Of a stretch of 55,642 nt of DNA, positions 47,669 through 55,642 are shown in pieces; within the stretch, counting starts at the first letter, position 1; the number at the start of each line of letters is the position of its first letter. The DNA lies in NCBI GenBank assembly GCA_051382305.1, contig JBBCAV010000131.1:1-55642 (forward strand), written 5' to 3'. The notes below the pieces were generated by a model. It ran no database searches. It had not been told where the DNA came from and saw only the letters and a program-made list of their open reading frames with translations. The stretch is from Bdellovibrionota bacterium FG-2. Lineage in GTDB: Bacteria > Bdellovibrionota > UBA1018. The position numbers and the translations under genes are program-made.

Positions 47669-48160
47669 TTAGTTTTTCTGAGGGGTGGGTGATGCGACAG
47701 GACGAGGACCGGGGAAATCAATTTCTTGGGGCCCATCGCCTTCAATCACGACGGCTTCTTTGGGCGCCACGGGCTCGACCTTAGCGGGTGGAACGACTTG
47801 GACTTTGGGCGCCGTTGATCCAGCAGTCGCGGCGGTCGCATCGCCATGCTCGAGGTATCCCTTCTTGGCACCAGGTTTTGATGTTTTTTTCATTGCCCCC
47901 AAAACTGCCTTTTCTATCGACTCCTTAATATGATTTTTTACAAAGTTATCAAGCTCACGATTGGCTGGTGTAATGATCTTATCAACAAGTTCTTGCTTCT
48001 TTTCTTTTGAAAGTTCCTTGCCGGAAATCGCTTCATAATACTGCTGATACGCTTTTGACATTTGATCTTGCGCCTCTTTCAAAGATGCGGGTGCTGCAAA
48101 AAGCGCAAGGGGGTAAAGAAGTGACAAAATCGAAATCCCGAAAATTTTGGCTAAATTCAT
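47669..48160 (-). CDS. Hypothetical secreted protein
   Basis: Signal peptide from ATG 48160 (MNLAKIFGISILSLLYPLALFA). Confidence 0.7.
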   Translation of the reverse strand: MNLAKIFGISILSLLYPLALFAAPASLKEAQDQMSKAYQQYYEAISGKELSKEKKQELVDKIITPANRELDNFVKNHIKESIEKAVLGAMKKTSKPGAKKGYLEHGDATAATAGSTAPKVQVVPPAKVEPVAPKEAVVIEGDGPQEIDFPGPRPVASPTPQKN

Positions 48161-48300
48161 GCAAATTACTCCACAGAGCTGTGTCTTCTGCGACACGTCT
48201 CTTTTCATTAGTCTTTCCTTCACGCAAGATTTGGAACGATGATTTATATTGTCAGCGCTTGGATCTGTATTTACAATAGAAAAAGGTGGGGTAAAAATCG

Positions 48301-49476
48301 ATGTCAAAACGGGGAATCTTTGTTGGAGTCCTGTTCCTTCTTGGCGGTGCGCTTGGCGAACCCAATTGTTTTGCGTTCACCTTGGATCTTCCATGCGCTC
48401 CTGATAAACCGACCACGCAAGCCCCCAACCCACTACCTCCGTGCGCCTCTTTTAAGGCAAGGCTTGCGGCGACGTTAGAGAATTATGTAAAAGCTTACGC
48501 CGATAGTTACTATAGCGGTACGACGGAGCTTCTAGACAAAGACAGCAAAACTCCTCCGCCTCAAGACTTTGGAACTCCAGTTTGTAACCTGCTTCCTAGC
48601 CCACTAAACAAATGCACTGCGGAGCCAGATTCATCCAATAAAAACGTCAGGGGGAATTCGTGCGGGGATCTGATTTATCTCGGTGTAACGATTGATGTCG
48701 TTCTTAAATGGTGTACGAAATTTAAAGTTCCATTTCCATGCGATATAGGTAGCAATAATTCCATGTTGCTCGACGGCTCTGGAACCAAAGGAACAACCGA
48801 ATATGCTTGGGTGCGCGGTGGATGGATTCACATTCTTGCATTCAAATGGAAAGAAGTAGAGAGCGAGATTCTTTCAACACAGAAAATCACCGTGGCTTCT
48901 TCTTGTGAGCCAGCTGCTAAAAAACTTGCAGCGCTATTTTCTGACATGAAGGAGCTGACTTCGAGCATAACAGCTGAATTCGGGCCAGACGTGCCGCTTA
49001 ACAGTATCCTTACTGGCTGTGTCGACTCAGCCAGTTGGATCTGGAACCCCGATGTCACGGCTCCTCAACCCGACCTTGGAAAGATGCGACAACGCCTTCA
49101 ATATGTGTGTGCGGCTCAAGCAGCGATTGATAAGGGGATAGGCACCGCCGCATTATGTGAGGTCATGGATCGGGCCGGAAAGACTTTTCAAAGTGAGTTT
49201 TTTGATTCACCCTCAGGAGGTTCGTTCATAGCTGATTCGATTAAGCCGATATCAGATGCTTGCGCCAGCGAATGCAGAAGTAAGTGTGATCCTTCTTGCT
49301 GGCACGACAGCTACTATTACGCCGCGAAACACAATGTCTCGAACGAATGTTCTTCGTGCGCCACGACCTGCGCAAATACCTGCTACAATACGCGCCTTCG
49401 GGAGCGAGTCACTAACAAGCTCAAGCCCTTTTCAGTAAAAGCCTCAGCAGGAGGGTGCAGCAATGGTCCACAATAA
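48301..49476 (+). CDS. Cys-rich secreted protein
   Basis: Signal peptide; more than 20 Cys including CxxxCxxxC tracts. Confidence 0.8.
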   Translation: MSKRGIFVGVLFLLGGALGEPNCFAFTLDLPCAPDKPTTQAPNPLPPCASFKARLAATLENYVKAYADSYYSGTTELLDKDSKTPPPQDFGTPVCNLLPSPLNKCTAEPDSSNKNVRGNSCGDLIYLGVTIDVVLKWCTKFKVPFPCDIGSNNSMLLDGSGTKGTTEYAWVRGGWIHILAFKWKEVESEILSTQKITVASSCEPAAKKLAALFSDMKELTSSITAEFGPDVPLNSILTGCVDSASWIWNPDVTAPQPDLGKMRQRLQYVCAAQAAIDKGIGTAALCEVMDRAGKTFQSEFFDSPSGGSFIADSIKPISDACASECRSKCDPSCWHDSYYYAAKHNVSNECSSCATTCANTCYNTRLRERVTNKLKPFSVKASAGGCSNGPQ

Positions 49477-50389
49477 TTTTTCTAAATCTACGATGATTGC
49501 ACTGGGCTTTTCAGTAAGCCTTTTAACGATCATGGGTATCGGCTGCGCAGAAGATTACCTTGTTACGAATTGCAACGGTGTAGCCCTCGAGATGGCTCCA
49601 GGGGTCGTTTGTCCGTCGAAAAAAATGCCAAGCCCAGGTCCCAAGGCGAGCATCACACCTCCTGTCCCAACGAATCCGGGCAACTACGGACTCCATACTT
49701 CACTCGCTGCGACAGAGGATAGCGCCACCTCCGCCCTAAAAAACATTCAGCCGGCAAAGACTCTCGCATCTGACAAAGGACAAAAGAAAGGCCAAACAGG
49801 TGGTGTTTCGACCGCCTTTTCGGCTGGGGCGACAGCCGGGGGAGCGGATTCCGCATTGCCTCAAAGTCTCGCCAAAAGACCCGATGATACTGGCGGAGCT
49901 GCTGCCGACAAATCCCCTGAGCTTAGTTTAGGTAACAATTTGATTTCCGGCGGATCATCACAATCCAAAGGCGCGGCCGGTGGTTCAGGTCTCGGCGCTG
50001 GTGGACTCGAGAGCTCAGGCTCGCAGAAGGCTGTGGGCAATTCGGTTGCGATGAACACGCAAACTTCTGATGGGAACGGAACCGATGGAAAAAGTGGTTA
50101 TGCCTCAGGCGGTGGCGGCGGTGCAAAGCCACCAGGGGGATCAGGCGACTCCGGTTCAGGTGGCTCAGGCTGGGGCAGCAGCGGCGCTTCGGCAGAAGCG
50201 GTAGCGGACTTGAACTTTGATCCAGATAAATCACAGAAGCCCGTTGACCCCGTGGGCAGCGCAGACCCTGAGGACTATTTTGTTCGTCTGGGACTTGAGG
50301 TGGACATCTTCAAGACTGTTTCAAAGCGTATCTTTAAGAAGAGCGCCCAGTGGATTACTGAGAGACCCGCGGCGCCGACGAAGAAGTAG
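49463..50389 (+). CDS. Gly/Ser-rich lipoprotein
   Basis: Lipobox-like GIGC; low-complexity body; C-terminal DIFKTVSKRI. Confidence 0.8.
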   Translation: MVHNNFSKSTMIALGFSVSLLTIMGIGCAEDYLVTNCNGVALEMAPGVVCPSKKMPSPGPKASITPPVPTNPGNYGLHTSLAATEDSATSALKNIQPAKTLASDKGQKKGQTGGVSTAFSAGATAGGADSALPQSLAKRPDDTGGAAADKSPELSLGNNLISGGSSQSKGAAGGSGLGAGGLESSGSQKAVGNSVAMNTQTSDGNGTDGKSGYASGGGGGAKPPGGSGDSGSGGSGWGSSGASAEAVADLNFDPDKSQKPVDPVGSADPEDYFVRLGLEVDIFKTVSKRIFKKSAQWITERPAAPTKK

Positions 50390-50448
50390 CTTTAGAATCG
50401 GCAACTAGTTGCCGAATTAGCTTTAGAATCGGCAACTAGTTGCCGATT
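50387..50448. repeat. Two tandem 31-bp-period units, each containing a perfect palindrome
   Basis: TAGCTTTAGAATCGGCAACTAGTTGCCGA at 50387 and 50418; palindromes at 50398-50415 (18 bp) and 50427-50448 (22 bp). Confidence 0.95.
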
Positions 50449-50468
50449 GTTAGTTCTTGCTGTATACT
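50440..50468 (+). promoter_or_regulatory. Sigma70 promoter whose -35 lies inside the palindrome
   Basis: TTGCCG-N17-TATACT, then GAGG and ATG 50478. Confidence 0.65.
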
Positions 50469-50477
50469 CAGAGGCGA

Positions 50478-51599
50478 ATGGAATACAAACGTCTCCTTGA
50501 ATTGCGGCAAATTTTGAAACGCAAAAGTGCGTTTTTCTTTGGCCCGCGCGCCACGGGTAAGTCTTGGTGGATCAAGCGCGAGCTGGGCAACGCACTGGTC
50601 TTTGATCTATTGGATTCGGATGTCTATTCCAGGTTTTTGCGAAGACCCCGACAACTTGGGGAGGAGTGCCTGGATGCCGATTTAGTCGTCATTGATGAAA
50701 TCCAAAAACTACCCGCACTCCTCGATGAGGTTCACCGACTGATCGAGAAGGATAAAGCAAAACGTTTTCTCTTAACGGGCTCAAGTGCCCGCAAACTAAG
50801 ACAACAGGGCGTGAATCTCCTCGGCGGACGCGCAAGCAATAAGTTATTTTTCCCACTTACGAGTTTGGAAATCTCAGACTTTGATTTAGTGAAATACGTA
50901 AACATCGGCGGCCTTCCTTCAATTTATCTTTCTGACGATCCCGAAACCGACCTCAAAGACTATGTTCAAACCTATCTTAAGGAGGAGATCCAGGCTGAGG
51001 CTTTAGTCAGGAGAATTGACCATTTTGCACGCTTCCTTGATACAATTGGATTGTCATCCGGCCAAGAACTCAACATTGCTCAAGTGGCGAGCGACGCAGG
51101 CGTCCCTCCTCGTACGGTGGCTAGTTTTATTGAAGTAATGAAAGATACGCTCATTGCCTTCGAACTTGAACCCTTCTGCCGCACAAAAACTCGGAAAGCC
51201 TCTACAAAGTCAAAGATTTTTCTATTTGACGTGGGGATCGCTAACTTTCTCAGCGGTCGAAGAACTCTTGTGCCTAAATCCGAAGCTTTTGGTGCGGCCT
51301 TTGAGCACTTCATTATTCAAGAAATTCGTGCGCTACTTTCCTACCAAGGCTCAGACGAATCACTGTCTTACTGGCGCGCTAAAGACCATGAGGTTGATTT
51401 GATCATCGGAAACAGGCTCGCAATTGAAATCAAATCCACAGAACACATCAACGAGCGTCACATCAAGGGCCTGAGGGCGCTACGAGAAGAAAAACTAATC
51501 GAGCGCTACATCATTGTATCACGCGATCCGATTCGTCGCACAATTGATGGCATTGAAGCTTGGCCCTACGCCGCTTTTCTCAAGTCGCTCTTTACTTAA
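50478..51599 (+). CDS. AAA_14 ATPase with DUF4143 (PD-(D/E)xK-like) domain
   Basis: GPRATGKS, VIDEIQK, LTGSSA, GGLP, FDVG, EVDL...IEIKS. Confidence 0.92.
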   Translation: MEYKRLLELRQILKRKSAFFFGPRATGKSWWIKRELGNALVFDLLDSDVYSRFLRRPRQLGEECLDADLVVIDEIQKLPALLDEVHRLIEKDKAKRFLLTGSSARKLRQQGVNLLGGRASNKLFFPLTSLEISDFDLVKYVNIGGLPSIYLSDDPETDLKDYVQTYLKEEIQAEALVRRIDHFARFLDTIGLSSGQELNIAQVASDAGVPPRTVASFIEVMKDTLIAFELEPFCRTKTRKASTKSKIFLFDVGIANFLSGRRTLVPKSEAFGAAFEHFIIQEIRALLSYQGSDESLSYWRAKDHEVDLIIGNRLAIEIKSTEHINERHIKGLRALREEKLIERYIIVSRDPIRRTIDGIEAWPYAAFLKSLFT

Positions 51600-54500
51600 C
51601 CCGGCCTGAACTCTTGCCAATCCGTTCCGAAACAATCTGAAACAGATTGAGGCTCGTCTTGGAATGCCAAATGTCCGTCGTATCTTCACGAGCACCGAAG
51701 TTCATCGTGCCCGATGACGATGTCGTCCGCGCCGCTCCAAATGAAAATCCGGTACCCAACGAAGCACCGCTCGCAGAGGAGCCGCCCCGTGCACCACCGC
51801 CGCCACCCCCAGAATAGGTCGCGCTGGAGGAGAGAATTCCGGTGCCTAAAATCTGACTTGCACCATCTTGACCCAATTGCCCCAGGTGAGCCAGCGCCGC
51901 ACCGAGCTCTCCCAAGCCTCCAAGATAAGGTGACATGGCTTGACCGGCGCCAGCTCCGCGCCTCATTTGTTTTTCGAGATCATCGAAATTCATCTGACTT
52001 GCCAGTGGCAGCGCCTGCTGATCCAAGCCGGAGCGCATGAGGAATCCCCCATCCGTTGCGCCAGCCATTTGCTCACACACTTCTGCGGAGATTCCGGATT
52101 CGCGACATTTGTGGTAGCCTTCCATCTTTGCTTGAAGCTTCACACTCGTGGTTTGGTTCGGATTGCCGCCGGTTTTTGAACTGGTGTTGCCCGCCTTTCC
52201 GGCGGTGGCCGCGGATGGGTCGCCGCCGCCTGTCTCTTTGTTGGTAGGAATTGGCGTAGTGTCGCCGGTGAATGTTTTCTTCCCTTGATCAAAAAGACTC
52301 TTAACGGAATTGCATGACTGCTCTTTAGACTTGTCATGCTCGTGCCAGTTGTAGTAGCGAACCCCGGCCAAAAACCCGAAGGTCATCGCGGTGTAGCAGG
52401 CTTGCGTTCTGCGCTGACTGCGCTCTTCGTCGGTCATTTGATCAGGGGATTTGTCTGCGTTGGGGTCGACTTTCGCTTTCTCTTTTTCTTCGGCGTCTCT
52501 CTTGGCTTTGGCCTCAGCCGTTTCTGCTGGCGGGGGGGCAGAGGGGCAAGACGCATTCTTAGGGTCGCAGGCTGGCGCTGGAGCCTTCGTTCCATCAACA
52601 CAGGATTTTTGCATGGGATCGCAAGTTCCTCCCGAGGAGGCTTTCACTTCGGGATCCTTTTCGGGAGTTACCGAACACGTTTTTGGATCTGCTGCTGTTT
52701 TGAGACACGACTCCTCGGCCTCGAGCGCTTTTCGTTTCGCATCACTGGGGGCAGAAGAGGAAACTGGGCCGTCAGTATTTTTGCCATCTTCATCTAGTTG
52801 TTTCATACGGTCTTCATTGTTCTTAATTTGCCGATCGGCGACTGAATCCAGGCGCTTATTGCGTTCGACACAAACTGAGTCTCCCTTGCAAGGATCTTCT
52901 GGTGGGGGGAGCGACTCCACTTTCGGTTTTGAGGCTTCTCGAATTTTTGTCTCTTCATCGACTTTTGCTTGATCAAGTTCAGCCCCTGCCTGAACCTTAT
53001 CAATGTTTGCTTTTCCTTGGTTATCTTTAGCTTCGTCCAGCCTTTTTTTTGCAGCTACAACGTCTGGGTCCTTAAAAACATCGCCTTTGGATTCTCGGGC
53101 CGCTTTCTCGTAATTAGTTTTAGCAACGTCAACATCAGCGTCAGCTTGTTGCTTTTTAGCAATCGCATTATCCAAGTTTTTTTTCAGATCTGGCGTAGAC
53201 GGCGGTTGTGCAGGAGGTGATCCCGGTTGTGCAGGAGGTGATCCCGGTTGTGCAGGAGGTGATCCCGGTTGTGCAGGAGGTTGCTCAGGCTCTAGGCCTG
53301 GTATTTTTGGCGGTGCTTTATCAGGCCCCAAACCTGGTATTTTCGGCGCTGGCTTGTCCGGTTCTAATCCTGGTATTGGCGGAGGAGCCGCTGTCCCTTT
53401 GCCACTTTCAGGAAATTTATCATCAAGAGATTTCTTTACATCTTTTAGGTCTGGTGCCGGAACTGGTGGTGCTGGTGCCGGAACTGGTGGTGCTGGTGCC
53501 GGAACTGGTGGTGCTGGTGCCGGAACTGGTGGTGCTGGTGCCGGAACTGGTGGTGCTGGTGCCGGAACTGGTGGTGCTGGTGCCGGAACTGGTGGTGCTG
53601 GTGCCGGAACTGGTGGTGCTGGTGCCGGAACTGGTGGTGCTGGTGCCGGAACTGGTGGTGCTGGTGCCGGAACTGGTGGTGCTGGTGCTGGTTGGTCGCC
53701 CTTAATTGACTGTTTTGCCGCAGCCAATTTTGCATCTGCTGCAGCCTGAGCCTCTTTTGCAGCCGCAACTTTTTCCTGTGATTTTTTGAATTCTTCGTCA
53801 GTGCTATCCGAGTGGTTGATCACATTATCTTGCGCCTTTTTAACGTCATCTTTCGCCTTTTTGCTGGCGACTTCAGCCGCTTTTAGCTCGGCATCAAGTT
53901 CAGCCGTTGTTTTTTGTGGAGGCGGTGGCGGAGGGGGTGACGCGGGAACCGGCGTCGGCTTCGGTGACTGATCCTTACCTCCGCCAGTCACCTTATTCAT
54001 GTTCTGAGTTGCTTGAGCCAAAGCATCTTGGCCTGCAGCCGGCTCTTGACCGCCAGCGGAATTCTGCTTTAAAGCCGCAGCCTCATCTTCATTGCGTTTA
54101 GCACATGCCGTGTACTGCCCCTGAAAGTCACTTGCCTGCTGTTCGTATGTTATAATTTGCGCTGCGAGCTCGACACACTCAGGGCATTCCTTGGCGCTAT
54201 TAGGATCTTTTAGCGTGCCCTTAAAAAGTCCAAATCTCTTTGCGCGCAACGTATTTGCCTTCTCAGAAGCTTGCTTCCATTTCCCTAGAAGCGGCGTACA
54301 ATCCTCCTCCGCCCGCGCCACACTCGCCACGTAGTTCGCAGCCACGCCCAGCAAGAACGCCTTGGAACCGCCCGCGAACATCACGGCGGCCATCATGGGG
54401 TGAATTTCACTGGGAGGCGGAACCGGGTTTCGATAATCAAATTTAAGATTGTCGTGTTTGATTGATGAACCTTTGCCGAGTCCACAAATATATTTCGGAT

Positions 54501-55299
54501 GTCCAAATCCTTCACCCGCTACACCCACCAAACCGCCAATCCCCTGGACCGCCCCCTGCAGAGGATCGGTCGCGAGGAGGACCGAAGCGGCAAGCTCGGC
54601 AATTCCTGCGGCGCACGCCATGAAACTGCACGCGCGCTCAGCAAGTCCGCCAACCAATGTACTCGACGCGCACACCAGTCCGCAAGACGCGGCAGTCGCG
54701 GTGTCGAGCGCGAAAAGAAGCAGCTCCCAGTTTTTGCCATCATCCGCTTTTTGATACGCGTAACATTGTGAATAGAGTTGAACATCATTCTTGTAATTGC
54801 AGCGCATGAGATTGTCGCTGTAGTTTGAGCAGGACATTCCTTCGTCGGTCGTGAGCATTGCGACTTTAGTCCCGCAGGTTATTTCCTTGTCGCTCCCCTT
54901 TTGGGTCAAGCGAGTCAGTCCCGCCTCTGCGTTGGGTTTTTCTCGACTCGTCGGAGATCCATGATTGGCGCACCACTGATCAGGATCCTGCCCCTTCAAA
55001 CCCGCAAGTCCCGCGGCCACCGATGAGGCCTTCGCCGGATCCAACTTGTCGGCAAAGACCGAGCTCTGGGCCGCCCCCCAACCTTTGGAGTCACCTCTAT
55101 GTTCGCGCGTTTGATCATTGACAAGAACTCCGCAAATATCGTCGCAACTTTGAGTGACCTCCGGAGGCTTGAACTTGTCATTGTCATAAGTCATTGAATC
55201 GGGCGAGGCCCAAGCCGGAAACGACGCCAGCGAACTCGCGTACGAAACGAGTACGAGCCATGCGATGCGATTCTGTTTTTTGGCGGCGCCAAAGAGCAT
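51592..55299 (-). CDS. Large secreted Cys-, Pro- and Gly-rich repeat protein
   Basis: Signal peptide ...PAWA; Cys-rich ends; central Pro-rich tandem repeats and coiled coils; C-terminal NLFQIVSERI. Confidence 0.85.
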   Translation of the reverse strand: MLFGAAKKQNRIAWLVLVSYASSLASFPAWASPDSMTYDNDKFKPPEVTQSCDDICGVLVNDQTREHRGDSKGWGAAQSSVFADKLDPAKASSVAAGLAGLKGQDPDQWCANHGSPTSREKPNAEAGLTRLTQKGSDKEITCGTKVAMLTTDEGMSCSNYSDNLMRCNYKNDVQLYSQCYAYQKADDGKNWELLLFALDTATAASCGLVCASSTLVGGLAERACSFMACAAGIAELAASVLLATDPLQGAVQGIGGLVGVAGEGFGHPKYICGLGKGSSIKHDNLKFDYRNPVPPPSEIHPMMAAVMFAGGSKAFLLGVAANYVASVARAEEDCTPLLGKWKQASEKANTLRAKRFGLFKGTLKDPNSAKECPECVELAAQIITYEQQASDFQGQYTACAKRNEDEAAALKQNSAGGQEPAAGQDALAQATQNMNKVTGGGKDQSPKPTPVPASPPPPPPPQKTTAELDAELKAAEVASKKAKDDVKKAQDNVINHSDSTDEEFKKSQEKVAAAKEAQAAADAKLAAAKQSIKGDQPAPAPPVPAPAPPVPAPAPPVPAPAPPVPAPAPPVPAPAPPVPAPAPPVPAPAPPVPAPAPPVPAPAPPVPAPAPPVPAPDLKDVKKSLDDKFPESGKGTAAPPPIPGLEPDKPAPKIPGLGPDKAPPKIPGLEPEQPPAQPGSPPAQPGSPPAQPGSPPAQPPSTPDLKKNLDNAIAKKQQADADVDVAKTNYEKAARESKGDVFKDPDVVAAKKRLDEAKDNQGKANIDKVQAGAELDQAKVDEETKIREASKPKVESLPPPEDPCKGDSVCVERNKRLDSVADRQIKNNEDRMKQLDEDGKNTDGPVSSSAPSDAKRKALEAEESCLKTAADPKTCSVTPEKDPEVKASSGGTCDPMQKSCVDGTKAPAPACDPKNASCPSAPPPAETAEAKAKRDAEEKEKAKVDPNADKSPDQMTDEERSQRRTQACYTAMTFGFLAGVRYYNWHEHDKSKEQSCNSVKSLFDQGKKTFTGDTTPIPTNKETGGGDPSAATAGKAGNTSSKTGGNPNQTTSVKLQAKMEGYHKCRESGISAEVCEQMAGATDGGFLMRSGLDQQALPLASQMNFDDLEKQMRRGAGAGQAMSPYLGGLGELGAALAHLGQLGQDGASQILGTGILSSSATYSGGGGGGARGGSSASGASLGTGFSFGAARTTSSSGTMNFGAREDTTDIWHSKTSLNLFQIVSERIGKSSGRVK
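53203..53281 (-). repeat. 21-bp coding tandem repeat x3.8 (PPAQPGS)
   Basis: CGGTTGTGCAGGAGGTGATCC perfect units. Confidence 0.95.
53451..53688 (-). repeat. 21-bp coding tandem repeat x11.3 (APAPPVP)
   Basis: CTGGTGCCGGAACTGGTGGTG, 11 perfect units plus 7 nt. Confidence 0.97.
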
Positions 55300-55327
55300 G
55301 CGAATCCCCCGATCCTTCTCATTAGAT

Positions 55328-55355
55328 TCATCGACAAACCGAAGCCCTGACTTGA
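55328..55355 (-). promoter_or_regulatory. Possible sigma28-type promoter
   Basis: Minus strand TCAA-N16-GTCGATGA upstream of ATG 55299. Confidence 0.4.
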
Positions 55356-55553
55356 GACAAATGCGCGTTATGATTCCCCTAATTGATAATTATTACGCAG
55401 TGCGCATCGTGGGTCAACCGGAACTTTTGTCGGGAAAAAACGCTGTGAAATCAACGCCTGAACGCGCGGGGGTCGGCGGACAGCGCAGTGAGGGTGACGT
55501 GTACGCCGGCGAGGCGCCGGGACGGATTCCACATGCCTCTCCGGGGGCCGCGA

Positions 55554-55624
55554 CTTCCGAAAGAGTGAAGTTAAGGGCCCAAGGGTCGGGGCGGTAGGCC
55601 TCTAACTTCGCTGTTTGAGAAGTG
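55554..55624 (-). repeat. REP/REPIN-like dispersed repeat, copy B
   Basis: Reverse complement matches 24427-24497 at 66/71 nt. Confidence 0.85.
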
Positions 55625-55642
55625 ACGCCGAAGCACAGGCGC

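Noticed and set aside
50387-50448. CRISPR mini-array
   Set aside because: Only two units separated by 2 nt, no spacer, no cas genes.
53208-53768. His-rich (HQHHQFR), GAGAGTG and PELVVLV repeat ORFs
   Set aside because: Alternative frames of the 21-bp repeat inside the 1235-aa gene.
1-55642. tRNA or rRNA genes
   Set aside because: None recognised in the intergenic regions by eye.

Overview
Gene-dense bacterial chromosome segment, most likely from a Bdellovibrionota-like predator. That placement is inferred from the TIGR02147 regulator, the Tad-domain protein, Cys- and Gly-rich secreted proteins and recurrent sigma28-type promoters. Housekeeping genes include smc, lolA, xerC, trmFO, ampG, a TldD/PmbA pair, a DEAD-box helicase and HU. 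The standout locus is 10833-18120, an apparently sigma28-driven cluster. It encodes a CsgG/FlgO-like plus beta-barrel outer-membrane protein, a TPR lipoprotein, a 783-aa single-chain rotor, a cNMP-binding protein, MotA, MotB and a zinc-ribbon/TM/SH3 protein. The rotor has a signal peptide, two FliF-like ring-building repeats, one TM and fused FliF-C/FliG-N/M/C domains. No other flagellar genes are in the window and the rotor-stator charge residues are altered, so this is a candidate non-flagellar trans-envelope rotary motor. Other notable items: a decaying island bracketed by 508-bp diverged direct repeats with three separate nonsense codons; a HipBA-like toxin-antitoxin pair; a RAYT transposase with a matching dispersed REP/REPIN-like repeat; an ArsR-rhodanese/TolC/RND/DUF2892 cluster lacking its adaptor gene; a duplicated palindromic operator before an AAA_14-DUF4143 gene; and large secreted repeat proteins sharing a C-terminal motif. 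All family assignments are by-eye motif recognition; no searches were run.
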